Positions 1 through 9,219 of a stretch of 20,000 bases of DNA are shown here, piece after piece. Source of the DNA: Chiloscyllium plagiosum (taxonomy: Eukaryota). The position numbers and the translations under genes were made by a program. The stretch spans positions 6,769,116-6,789,115 of the forward strand of contig NC_057757.1 in NCBI RefSeq assembly GCF_004010195.1, given 5' to 3'. The notes beneath the pieces are model-generated. The model saw only the letters and a list, made by a program, of their open reading frames with translations, was not told the DNA's origin and did not search any database. The first letter of the stretch is position 1. Each line of letters starts with the position of its first letter.

Positions 1-166
1 CTTCGGCCCAACAATTCCACATTTCACCAGCGAGCTTCTGTTAGAGATGGCAGTGGCTGAGCTGGAGGTAGTTCTTCCACCTGACACAAACCTGCAACCG
101 TTTTAAGTCAAAATTCAGCCCATTCCTTCTGCACATCCTCTGGCCAAATTATTCAGCTTACAATTA

Positions 167-499
167 GAATCATAGAATCTGACAGTGTGGAATCATGCCA
201 TTCAGCTTTCGAGTTCACACTGACCCTCCAAAGACTATCCCATCCCAGACCCAACCCCCTACCCTATCCCTGCATTTTCCCATGGGTAATCCACTTAGCC
301 AGCACATCCCTAGATACTATGGGGCAGCTTAGCATGGTCAATCCACCCTAATCTGCACATCTTTGGACTGTGGGAGGAAACCAGAGCACTTGGCGGAATT
401 CCATGCAGAGTCTGGGGAGAAAGTGCAAACCCGGTGGAATCAAACCCGGTTCCTGGTGCTGTGAGGCAGCAGTACTAAACACTGAGCCATAGTGCTGCC
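167..499 (-). mobile_element. HE1-type tRNA-derived SINE, full length, with 8-bp target-site duplication TACAATTA
   Basis: Minus strand begins GGCAGCACTATGGCTCAGTGTTTAGTACTGCTGCCTCACAGCACCAGGAACCGGGTTTGATTCC (A-box and B-box-like), contains the core TTTCCTCCCACAGTCCAAAGATGTGCAG and ends in an (ATTCTATG)-type CR1-like tail. TACAATTA flanks it at 159-166 and 500-507. Confidence 0.9.
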
Positions 500-1387
500 T
501 ACAATTAACTGATCTGATCTCATCCTAAATATTAATTACATGATTTTATACATGAGCTGCTTGTCATGACATTTTTGAAAGGGAGGTTATACATCAGGGA
601 AGTTTATTCAGCACAGAGAAACGCTTCAATGACTGATACATATTAAATGGTACGCTAGGTTTCTTACAGATGCTTTAGCTTTCTGCTTTCATTACTGTGT
701 CCATTAATCTGTGAGAACCCATAAATAATTGACCTTTATTTAACATAGATTCCTTTACTGTAAATTTAATATTGCATTTGTTGTCGCAGGGTTGAGTTAG
801 CTACGTAGGCCCAAAAGCTTCACATGTTGGCTCGGTCTTGCTGCTGTGGGGGTGGCAGGTCCAAACTCCTCCCTCCACCTCTTGCCACAGACTCAGATGA
901 TCAATAACTCCACTCCTTCCCCCCCCACACCCCCTTTCCACAGCCAGTCCCACTCCTAGCTATCACCAACACCCTGCTAGATTTGAATAGTGACATCTAA
1001 CCTTCGAAAAACAGAGAGGGTCAAACAGCCCGACAGAGCCAAAGTGTGCTACTGTAGCTTGGGAACACTGTCCACACACAAACTGCAGGACCTCCTGACC
1101 ATAATAATATAATCCAACCTTCTGTTCCCAGGACAGGCTGAGCTCTTAAAGGGAGATTTTCCTGATACAAACACTGAGATATTCCTATGGGGCTATTCCA
1201 GTATAAACACTGACCTAAGGCTTTTGGGTTGAATATGTGCACACAGTACAGAGTTTCTCAACTGTTAGTTTGTAATACCACAATATCCCTAAAAAGGTAT
1301 CACTAAATAATTCAAAATAATTTCTTGAATATTAAACTATGTTGATGGGACATTTACAAATCACATTAACGCAAAGTACTGAAGCGG

Positions 1388-1890
1388 CAACTTTTACAGA
1401 TGCACCATAGAAAGCACGCTGTCCATGTGCATGACAGCCTGGTACAGCAACTGCTCTGCCCAGGACCAGAGGAAACTACTGAAGGTGGTGTGCGCAGCCC
1501 AGACCATGACTAAAGCCAACTTCCCATCCACAGACTCCAACTACACTTCTCATTGCTGCAGAAAGGCTGTCAACATCATCAAAGACCCAGCGCACCTCAG
1601 TAATGCTCTCCTACAACCTCTTCCATCAGGCAGAAACAGAAGCTGGAATGGACACCAACAGCTTCTTCCCTGCCGTTATTAAACTGATGAATGGACTCTC
1701 TAACTTCAAATAACGTTTAATCTTGTTAATGTTGATCTTGCTTCGTGCCCCTCCTGTGCAGTGTAACCTGTATGCCTCGCTCTATCTAACACCCTCTGAT
1801 CTGTATGTCCTTGCTTACCATGATATGCTCGTACTGCTCGCAAACAAAGCTTTTCACTTTCCTTAGGTACAATAACTCAAATCAAATCAA
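1388..1890 (+). mobile_element. Rex1/Babar-type non-LTR retrotransposon, 3' fragment
   Basis: Translates NFYRCTIESTLSMCMTAWYSNCSAQDQRKLLKVV...KAVNIIKDPAHLSNALLQPLPSGR, matching the Rex1 RT C-terminus as I recall it. It is followed by a 3' UTR and a (TCAAA)n tail at ~1877-1890. Confidence 0.85.
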
Positions 1891-2027
1891 GAACAACAGT
1901 GGAATGAAAGGATTCCTTTTTACTAATTTCCTCATTCTCCTCTCTTCTTAAAATGTTGACAGTTCTCCAACAATCAGTTAACTTCCCACACATAACCCTG
2001 TAGTTATAATAAAATGTCAGTCCTATA

Positions 2028-2449
2028 ATACTCAAGGAGTTTGACATTATCCAGGACAAAGCATCCCACCGGATTGGCATCACATCCACTCCCTCCACCA
2101 TTGATGCTCAGTGTGTGCCATCTACAAAATGCACTGCCGAAATTCACCAAGGCTCCCTCGACAGCACTTTCCAAATCAGCAAACCCTACCACCTGGAAGG
2201 ACAAAGGTACCAAACACCACCCCATCTGAGCCACATGATATCCTGGCTTAGAAACATATCGCTGTGCCTTCACTGTCGCTGGACTAGTATCATGGAATTC
2301 CCTTCCAAACAGCATTATGGAAGCATCTACACCAACTGGAGTGCAGCGACTTGAGAAGGTGGCTCACCATCTTCTCAAGGGCAATCAGAGATGGGCAAAA
2401 AAACACTGGGCTTGATAACTATGTTCGCATCCTATAAACAAATAAAAAT
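2028..2449 (+). mobile_element. Non-LTR retrotransposon 3' fragment (CR1/L2 group, Crack/Daphne-like)
   Basis: Degenerate translation LKEFDIIQDKA...IHSLHH*CS..CAIYKMHC...SWNSLPNSI resembles the post-RT region of CR1/L2-group LINEs (SLxHRR...YK, WNxLP). Ends in an A-rich tail AAACAAATAAAAA. Confidence 0.65.
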
Positions 2450-2698
2450 ACAGTCACAGATGAAGTCGTGAAATTAATTCCCGTCGAGCCTTATATTAGA
2501 CCATGCTTTTGTCATATTGAAATCCACACCTGTACACTTCGAACAATTTTACCGGAAACGGATCAGGATTGATTAAATTTCTTGGCTGAAGTCCCAAGAC
2601 AAATTGTTAATGCCCACCCTGCTACTAGTCCAGCTGAATGTAAAGTTATACACTTCAATGTGAAAAACAGAAAAGAATAGTATTCTTTTAACAATGAT

Positions 2699-2896
2699 TT
2701 GGGGATGCCGGTGTTGGACTGGGGTGTACAAATTTACAAATCCCACAATACCAGGTTATAGTCCAACAAATTTAATTGGAAGCACTAGCTTTCGGATCGC
2801 CACTCCGAACAACCACCTGATGAAGGCACAGCGCTCTGAAAGCTAGTGCTTCCAAATAAACCTATTGGACTATAACCTGGTGTTGTATGATTTGCA
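2699..2896 (-). mobile_element. Penelope-like element terminal (pLTR) fragment as an inverted pair, 15-bp TSD
   Basis: 2696-2807 is the reverse complement of the terminus seen at 8727-8839, and 2808-2893 is the same terminus in forward orientation. Flanked by TCTTTTAACAATGAT (2684-2698) and TCTTTCAACAATGAT (2897-2911). Confidence 0.8.
2814..2848 (+). ncRNA. Minimal type I hammerhead ribozyme motif (PLE-associated), stem II damaged
   Basis: CAC-CTGATGA-AGGCACAGCGCTCT-GAAA-GC-TA-GTG: intact CUGAUGA and GAAA cores, stem I CAC/GTG, palindromic AGCT stem III, UH = UA. Confidence 0.7.
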
Positions 2897-3120
2897 TCTT
2901 TCAACAATGATATAATGGAAACATTGACATGTAAAGGGATCTAGGTGTCCTTGCACGCAAGTCAATGAAAGTAGACAGGAAGCAATATGAGGGAGGCACA
3001 AGGCCTTCTGTGCAAGAGGATTTGAATTCAGAAGTAGGGATGTCTTACTGCAGTTATTAAAGGCCTTGGTGAGACCACACCTGAAGTGTTGTATGCAGTT
3101 TTTGTCTCCCTACCAAAGGA

Positions 3121-3436
3121 GATAATGAGGACCGCAGATGCTGGACAGTCAGAGTTGAAAACTGTGGCGCCAGAAAAGCAGAACAGGTCAGGCAACATCC
3201 AAGGAACAGGAGAGTCGATGGGGTGGAAGGTGAGGACCAGAGCGGGGGGTCTATCCTTGTTGTGGTTGGACTTCCAGGACATTCCAAATGGCCTCCTATT
3301 TCAGGGATTGCAATTTCCCGACTCACGTGATCATCAATGCTCTCTAGCGCATCTCCTCCATATCCCGCACCTCCGCCCTCGAACTCCACCCCTCCAACCA
3401 CAAGTATAGAACCCCCGGTCCTCACCTTCCACCCCA
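3121..3436 (-). mobile_element. Rearranged Penelope-like element fragment with internal inverted duplication
   Basis: 3121-3220 is the antisense PLE terminus (GCAGATGCTGG...AGGTCAGGCAACATCC, also at 6941 and 14075). 3220-3270 encodes SNHNKDRPPALVLTFHP on minus. 3271-3436 on plus encodes QMASYFRDCNFPTHVIINAL*RISSISRTSALELHPSNHK...VLTFHP, a PLE RT C-terminal region. Confidence 0.8.
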
Positions 3437-3526
3437 CGAATGGCCCACTAGTGCACCTGCTCCTGTGCTAATATAGGTGGTCAACAAAGGCTCTAATTAT
3501 TGACTTATAGCCTTGTTAAAGGCTAC

Positions 3527-3710
3527 ATCATGCCTTTAACATTGCAAATGTACCCAGGATGTGTCACTGGAACACAAATGCAAGGAGATATGTGAAGAAG
3601 TGACCAGAAACTTGGTCAAGGGTGTAGGTTACAAGGAGCATCTTAAAGCTTGAAGAGAGAATTCCAAAGCTCACGGCCAATGCAGCTGAAAGTGCTTCCA
3701 CCGTCAGTGG
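3527..3710 (-). mobile_element. Old L2 LINE 3' fragment
   Basis: GCCTTTAAC...AAGGAGATAT...GTGACCAGAAACTTGGTCAA...AAGGAGCATCTTAAAG...GAATTCCA...GCAGCTGAA resembles the antisense 3' end of elasmobranch L2 (WNSL motif on minus). Recognised from memory of the consensus. Confidence 0.6.
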
Positions 3711-3937
3711 GTCTGGTGGAAAAACTGAAATGCGGCACCTTGTGATCTGTGCCTCTCATCTATTCAGAGCCACTGGGAAAGCAGAACGATGATCTAACGT
3801 CGCCTGAGTTCGTAATCTCAGCCACACTATACCAACACAAAGGTTTGAATCAATTGTGGCAAAAGCAGAAAACGTGCTGCCTTTTAACCTCAGGCCGTGG
3901 GACAAAATATTTCTTCACCAGGGAGGAAACCAGAACA

Positions 3938-4314
3938 TTGAGTTATAAAGAAAGGCTAGATAGGCTGGAATTGTTTCCACTAGAGATTTATAAAACCATG
4001 AAGGGTATAGATACGGTTAACAGTAGGTGTCTTTTCCCCTAGGATGGGGGATTTCACGATTGGGGGCATATTTTTAAAATGATAGGAGAGATTTTTTTTT
4101 AAATGAGGGGATTTATTTTACACACTTGTGGAATGAATTTCCTGAAGAAGTGGTGAATGCAGGCAGAGTTACAACATTTAAAAGACATTTAGATAAGTAC
4201 ATGAATAGGAAAGGTTTGGAGGGATATGGGCCAAGTGCAGGCAGGTGGGACTGGTTTAGTTTAAAATTATAGGCTGGTTGAACCAAAGGGTCTGTTCCTG
4301 TGCTGTATGACTCT
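3938..4314 (+). mobile_element. CR1 LINE 3' fragment
   Basis: LSYKERLDRLELFPLE/IYKTMKGID..WNEFPEEVV, then a 3' UTR ending AAGGGTCTGTTCCTGTGCTGTATGACTCT. Confidence 0.9.
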
Positions 4315-4912
4315 GAGAATTTATAACAAGCTGGAGTCCATCAGTAACTCATTCAATTGGAGAAAACACTGTAGCCTATTAACTCCCGCCCTCTCATCTG
4401 CAGACACCACTGGAGCTGGGAGAATATTCAAGGATTTGGATTTTCATAAAAATTAAAACAAAAAAGATTATACAACTGTGGTATTTACTCAATTGGTTAT
4501 TACTAAGACCATTATTAAACCAAACTGCTTATCTTGAGTGTTCATTACAGTTTTAAGTGTGCTAATTACCACAAGCTGCAAACATCATTAAGTGGAGCCA
4601 CCATCAGTGAGGTACCTGAGATGCATAGCATTGAAAAGGGTACGACAAAATTGAATAGTTAATTGAAGGTGTTGGTGCTGGAGCTTAGGGTTAAACCCAA
4701 TATACTGCAGTCTCCATTGCAATAATAACTAAACATTATCCAAAATGCCATAATGATTTCTCCTGCTCAGTATACTGCACAGTCTAAAGCTCTGCGAGGT
4801 ATTTATCACACTACGCACTATAACATAATGACAGTTGTTCCTTCCAATAGCCACCCAAATATTAAAGTAATTCCAAAGTTCAGACTATAACATAACAGAG
4901 CAGAAGTGTTAC

Positions 4913-5376
4913 ATTCAATTCTGGTGGTCCTGCTGTAGGAGGGATGTTATTAAACTGGAAAGGGTGCAGAAAAGATTTACAAGATAGGCTGGGTATTTTT
5001 TCTTTGGAGAGTCAAAGGCTGAGGAGTGACCTTATATAGGGACATCATTAAGGTGATTAGTCAAGGTCTTCTCCTCAGGGTAGAGGAGTCCAAAACTAGA
5101 GACCATAGGTTTAAGGTAAGAGGGGAAAGATTTATAAGGGATCTGAGGGGCAACTTTTTCAAGTAAAGGGTGGTGCATGTATGGAATGAGCTGCCAGAGG
5201 AAGTGGTAGAAATGGGTATAATTGCAACACCTAGAAGGCATTTGTACAGATACATTGATAGGAAAGGTTTACAGGGACATGGGACAAACACAGGCAAATG
5301 GGAGTAGTTCATTTTAGGAAAACTGCTCAGCATGGACAAGTGGACCGAAGGGTCTGATTCCATGCTGCATAATTCT
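4913..5376 (+). mobile_element. CR1 LINE 3' fragment
   Basis: QFW..CRRDVIKLERVQKRFTR...WNELPEEVVE, then a 3' UTR ending GACCGAAGGGTCTGATTCCATGCTGCATAATTCT. Confidence 0.9.
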
Positions 5377-5894
5377 CAGCATTTTTCATACTAAGCATTT
5401 TCTATGGAGCCCTGGTCCTCACAGGATGAGAGTGACCACTGCACATACAAGAGTGAGTAGGAAGGCTTCTAAGAACTCCCACAGTCAGTCTGGAGTTTGA
5501 ACATGCATTAGTGGCTTTATTCTGCACCTACATTCTAGTCAACTGACCTCTTGCTAAGCATGTGATAGCTTCTCTTTGTTTTAAGTCTGTGTTACATTAT
5601 TTTTCAAAAGGCACTATAAATTGAGGGCATTATTTCACTAACCACAGTTAATTATCACACCAAGAAGATCCAGGACCCGTTAATGAACGCAATTACCCCC
5701 CTATGCAACTGATCCTCATTTCCCAGGATTGTGGAGTGCCATCTAGCTCTAACCATACTGCCCAACAGCTAAGTGCTCCATGGAGGACCCTGTCCGTGGC
5801 TGTGAGTCTGGTTGCAGCTGATGCCCGTCAGGGCCAGGAAGCCACTCTCTGAGCGTGGAGGTACCAGAGCAATGGGCATGGCAAGTGAGAAAAA

Positions 5895-6394
5895 NNNNNN
5901 NNNNNNNNNNNNNNNNNNNNNNNNNNNNNNNNNNNNNNNNNNNNNNNNNNNNNNNNNNNNNNNNNNNNNNNNNNNNNNNNNNNNNNNNNNNNNNNNNNNN
6001 NNNNNNNNNNNNNNNNNNNNNNNNNNNNNNNNNNNNNNNNNNNNNNNNNNNNNNNNNNNNNNNNNNNNNNNNNNNNNNNNNNNNNNNNNNNNNNNNNNNN
6101 NNNNNNNNNNNNNNNNNNNNNNNNNNNNNNNNNNNNNNNNNNNNNNNNNNNNNNNNNNNNNNNNNNNNNNNNNNNNNNNNNNNNNNNNNNNNNNNNNNNN
6201 NNNNNNNNNNNNNNNNNNNNNNNNNNNNNNNNNNNNNNNNNNNNNNNNNNNNNNNNNNNNNNNNNNNNNNNNNNNNNNNNNNNNNNNNNNNNNNNNNNNN
6301 NNNNNNNNNNNNNNNNNNNNNNNNNNNNNNNNNNNNNNNNNNNNNNNNNNNNNNNNNNNNNNNNNNNNNNNNNNNNNNNNNNNNNNNNNNNNNN
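5895..6394. other. Assembly gap (500 N)
   Basis: Run of exactly 500 N. The round length suggests a fixed-size scaffolding join. Confidence 0.99.
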
Positions 6395-6940
6395 TTTTTC
6401 TTTTCTGCTTCATAAAACCACAAACTGCAGCTCAACCCAGTTCTCCTGCCCCACCATACAAACTGGAGAATGGGACACCTTTCTCAATAGTACAGGAGTA
6501 CATTGCAAAGAATACAGGCAGGTCAGGTTAACACCAGGGCTGTGCACACTTGGAATAACCATCCCCATTTGGGGAAGGTGGGTCTGTTTAAGGAGAGTCA
6601 GTGTGGATTTCAAATTAAATAATGTGACTGTGCCTGATGAAAGAAAATAAATGATTGATGAAGGTACGGCTGTACCAAGTGTTTCATAAATTATTACCTG
6701 AGAGGCTGGATATAAACTGAAGCTATTGTAATAAATTGCAGAAGGACACCATGGAGAAAGACTGCATTCGGACAGAAACGTGCTGTGATCATAAATCACT
6801 GTAACTGGCAGCCAGCAGAGTGGAATCCATGTTGCTTTTATTGCAAGGCTAAGTATTTTATTCTTGTTTTATATATATTTATATATGAATGCATTTGACA
6901 TTCAATACCGAGAAAAAATGTCACCATTTTCTTTGCGAAG

Positions 6941-7565
6941 AAAGTGAGGACTGCAGACGCTGGAGATCAGAGCTGAAAATGTGTTGCCTGAAAAGCGCAG
7001 CAGGTCAGGCAGCATCCAAGGANNNNNNNNNNNNNNNNNNNNNNNNNNNNNNNNNNNNNNNNNNNNNNNNNNNNNNNNNNNNNNNNNNNNNNNNNNNNNN
7101 NNNNNNNNNNNNNNNNNNNNNNNNNNNNNNNNNNNNNNNNNNNNNNNNNNNNNNNNNNNNNNNNNNNNNNNNNNNNNNNNNNNNNNNNNNNNNNNNNNNN
7201 NNNNNNNNNNNNNNNNNNNNNNNNNNNNNNNNNNNNNNNNNNNNNNNNNNNNNNNNNNNNNNNNNNNNNNNNNNNNNNNNNNNNNNNNGGGGAGGGGCGT
7301 TGGAAATGCGATAGGTGGAAGGAGGTTAAGGTGAGGGTGATAGACCAGAGTGGGGTTGGGGGCGGAGAGGTCAGGAAGAAGATTGCAGATTAGGAAGGTG
7401 GTGCTGAGTTCGAGGGTTGGGACTGAGAATAGGTGGGGGGAGAGGAAATGAGGAAACTGTAGAAATCTGAGTTCATCCCTTGTGGTTGGAGGGTTCCTAG
7501 GCGGAAGATGAGGCGCTCCTCCATCGCCAGACCATAGCAACACGACAGCTGGAGGAACACAGCCT
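6941..7565 (-). mobile_element. Penelope-like element 3' fragment (GIY-YIG C-terminus plus terminus) with inverted 5' segment; spans a gap
   Basis: Antisense terminus at 6941-7022. Minus 7520-7445 reads ERLIFRLGTLQPQGMNSDFYSFLIS. Plus 7522-7566 reads HRQTIATRQLEEHSL, the immediately upstream coding segment in inverted orientation. Confidence 0.85.
7023..7288. other. Assembly gap (266 N)
   Basis: Run of N inside the PLE copy. It hides the position where the hammerhead would be expected. Confidence 0.99.
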
Positions 7566-8076
7566 CCTGGACTTCTGTGCTGCAGAAAACGTCGATCCCT
7601 GTGATCCCCGGACTACAATTCCATTGCTTTTAGTTTCTCCCACTTGATTGGTTTGCTGTTCCTCTGGTATCACAGTCAAGTCTCTCTTGCCAAAGAATGA
7701 GGCTCCTGTACTCCGGCTGTCTGGGTCCCTGTTTATACCTCACTCGTAATCATATTCTCCTGTCTCTGAGCACTGACCAATATCAGACAATCCAATCCTT
7801 TAATTTTTGACGTCCTCCTAGTGCAAATTATCCAACGACTCTTCCCCGAGCCAAGGGAGTGTGTATTTTTCAACCTCCACCTCACGTGCTGCAGCTGTGA
7901 CAGATGGTTCATGCTGCTGGCCTTAATGTTTTCCAATTAACTGGTTCTTTTTCTCAAATTCAATACATTGAATCATGGAGTCTGACAGCACGGAGACAGG
8001 GCCTTTGGCCCAAACTGGTCCATGCCAATCAAAATGTTCATCCCCGCGAACCCCATTATCCTGCGCTTGGCTCATA

Positions 8077-8173
8077 TCTTCCTCATGAAGGGCTATTACC
8101 CGAAACATCGATTTTCCTGCTCCTCGGATGCTGCCTGCCCTGCGGTGCTTTGCCAGCACCACTCTAATCCAGA
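8077..8173 (+). mobile_element. Short PLE terminal fragment inserted in the CR1 3' UTR, TSD CTCATA
   Basis: CCTCATGAAGGGCTATTACCCGAAACATCGATTTTCCTGCTCCTCGGATGCTGCCTG...CCAGCACCACTCTAATC is the sense copy of the terminus seen antisense at 3121, 6941 and 14075. CTCATA at 8071-8076 and 8174-8179. Confidence 0.85.
8080..8111 (+). ncRNA. Degenerate minimal hammerhead ribozyme motif
   Basis: TC-CTCATGA-AGGG CTATTA CCC-GAAA-CA-TC-GA. Core G5 is changed to C and the ACGT palindrome has decayed to ACAT, so it is probably inactive. Confidence 0.6.
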
Positions 8174-8197
8174 CTCATACCCTTCTAAACTAAAGTA

Positions 8198-8342
8198 AAC
8201 ATGCACAGACACTCCTACACACACACACTCCTACATGCAGACACACGCACACACACAGATGCATGCACACACTCCTACACACACACTCCCACACTCATAT
8301 GTGTGCACCCCCCAGGCACACACATGCACACATACACATATA
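8198..8342. repeat. Imperfect (CA)n-rich tract
   Basis: Repeated ACACACACTCCTAC / ACATGCAC units. Confidence 0.9.
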
Positions 8343-8716
8343 AGTTGGTGGGGTGAATTTGTACTTGCAGAGTTACATTGTACTTTGCTAAAACCTGCAT
8401 GAATCCGTGTGAGATTCTGTTAATTCAGTTTTTAGATTAGAATCAATAGAATTATGGCACAGACATCAGCACACAGGAGTGCTAACACCTTCAATACATT
8501 ATCTGGGCTGACACCAATTGTTAAAGTTCACCTGAGAATGTAACTTTTAAAAATGTTTTGCAATTTACATATGAAAAAAGTGAAACGAACATGGTCATTC
8601 TAACAGATGAGAGACTTAACAAACAATCAAGGTATTTTTCAATGTATAATTTCAGTTACACCACATTGGAAACTTTTGCTATGAATTCTGAGTCCTCCAA
8701 GCCTGTACTCCACAAC

Positions 8717-8751
8717 CATCTGATGGAGGAGAAGCGCTCTGAAAGCTAGTG
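8717..8751 (+). ncRNA. Degenerate minimal hammerhead ribozyme motif
   Basis: CAT-CTGATGG-AGGAGAAGCGCTCT-GAAA-GC-TA-GTG; paralogous to 2814-2848, with core A9 changed to G. Confidence 0.6.
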
Positions 8752-8914
8752 CTTCCAAATAAACCTGTTGGACTATAACCCATGTTGTGTGATTTTTAAC
8801 TTTGTACTTGCCAGTCCAACACCGGCATCTCCAAATCATCCTTCTAATCCTTTCCTATCCATGTATTTGTCCAAATACATTTCAAATGTTGTTAACGTAC
8901 CTGCCTCAACTACT

Positions 8915-9218
8915 TTTTTTTTAAAGATTAGATTCCTTTCAGCGAGCAAACAGGCCCTTCAGCCCGACAAGTCCACACCGACCCTCCGAAGTGTAACCCT
9001 CCCAGACCCATCTCCCTCTGACTAGTGGACCTATCGTGATGGGCAATTTAGCATGGCCAATTGACCTGACTTGCACATCTTTGGACTGTGGGAGGAAACC
9101 CATGCAGACACGGGGATAATGGGCAAACTCCACACAGACAGTCGCCCAAGTAGGGAATCGAAACCGGTCCCTCACGCTGTGAGGGAGCAGTGCTAACCAC
9201 TGAGCCACTGTACAGCCC
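8915..9218 (-). mobile_element. HE1-type SINE nested in CR1
   Basis: Minus head GGGCTGTACAGTGGCTCAGTGGTTAGCACTGCTCCCTCACAGCGTGAGGGACCGGTTTCGATTCCC, shared core, CR1-like tail (TTGTCGGGCTGAAGGGCCTGTTT...AATCTAATCT) plus A-run. It splits the CR1 WSELPAE / VVEAG motif. Confidence 0.9.
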
Positions 9219-9219
9219 C

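Larger units (their letters stand above)
2636..3120 (+). mobile_element. CR1 LINE RT fragment, interrupted by a PLE insertion
   Basis: CKVIHFNVKNRK before the insertion; RDLGVL...RGFEFRSRDVLLQLLKALVRPHLKCCMQFLSPY after it. Confidence 0.85.
8189..8839 (+). mobile_element. Penelope-like element 3' region (second family) with CA-rich tract, TSD CCTTCTAA
   Basis: Ends in the same terminus as the 2699-2896 element (GAAAGCTAGTGCTTCCAAATAAACCTGTTGGACTATAACC...CCAGTCCAACACCGGCATCTCCAAATCAT). CCTTCTAA at 8181-8188 and 8840-8847; CR1 sequence resumes at 8840. Confidence 0.8.

Noticed and set aside
1..21. Coding exon at the window start
   Set aside because: CTTCGGCCCAACAATTCCACA matches the antisense SINE/CR1 tail; the adjacent frames show no recognisable protein.
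430..499. tRNA genes at SINE heads (also ~9150-9218, 17548-17620)
   Set aside because: tRNA-derived SINE 5' regions continuous with SINE body and tail; no complete cloverleaf.
6410..6799. 129-aa minus ORF as an Ig or CUB domain (VNLTCLYS)
   Set aside because: Non-ATG start and no correctly spaced conserved Trp/second Cys; the resemblance is superficial.
5749..7543. Long ORFs crossing N runs
   Set aside because: Artefacts of translating gaps as X.
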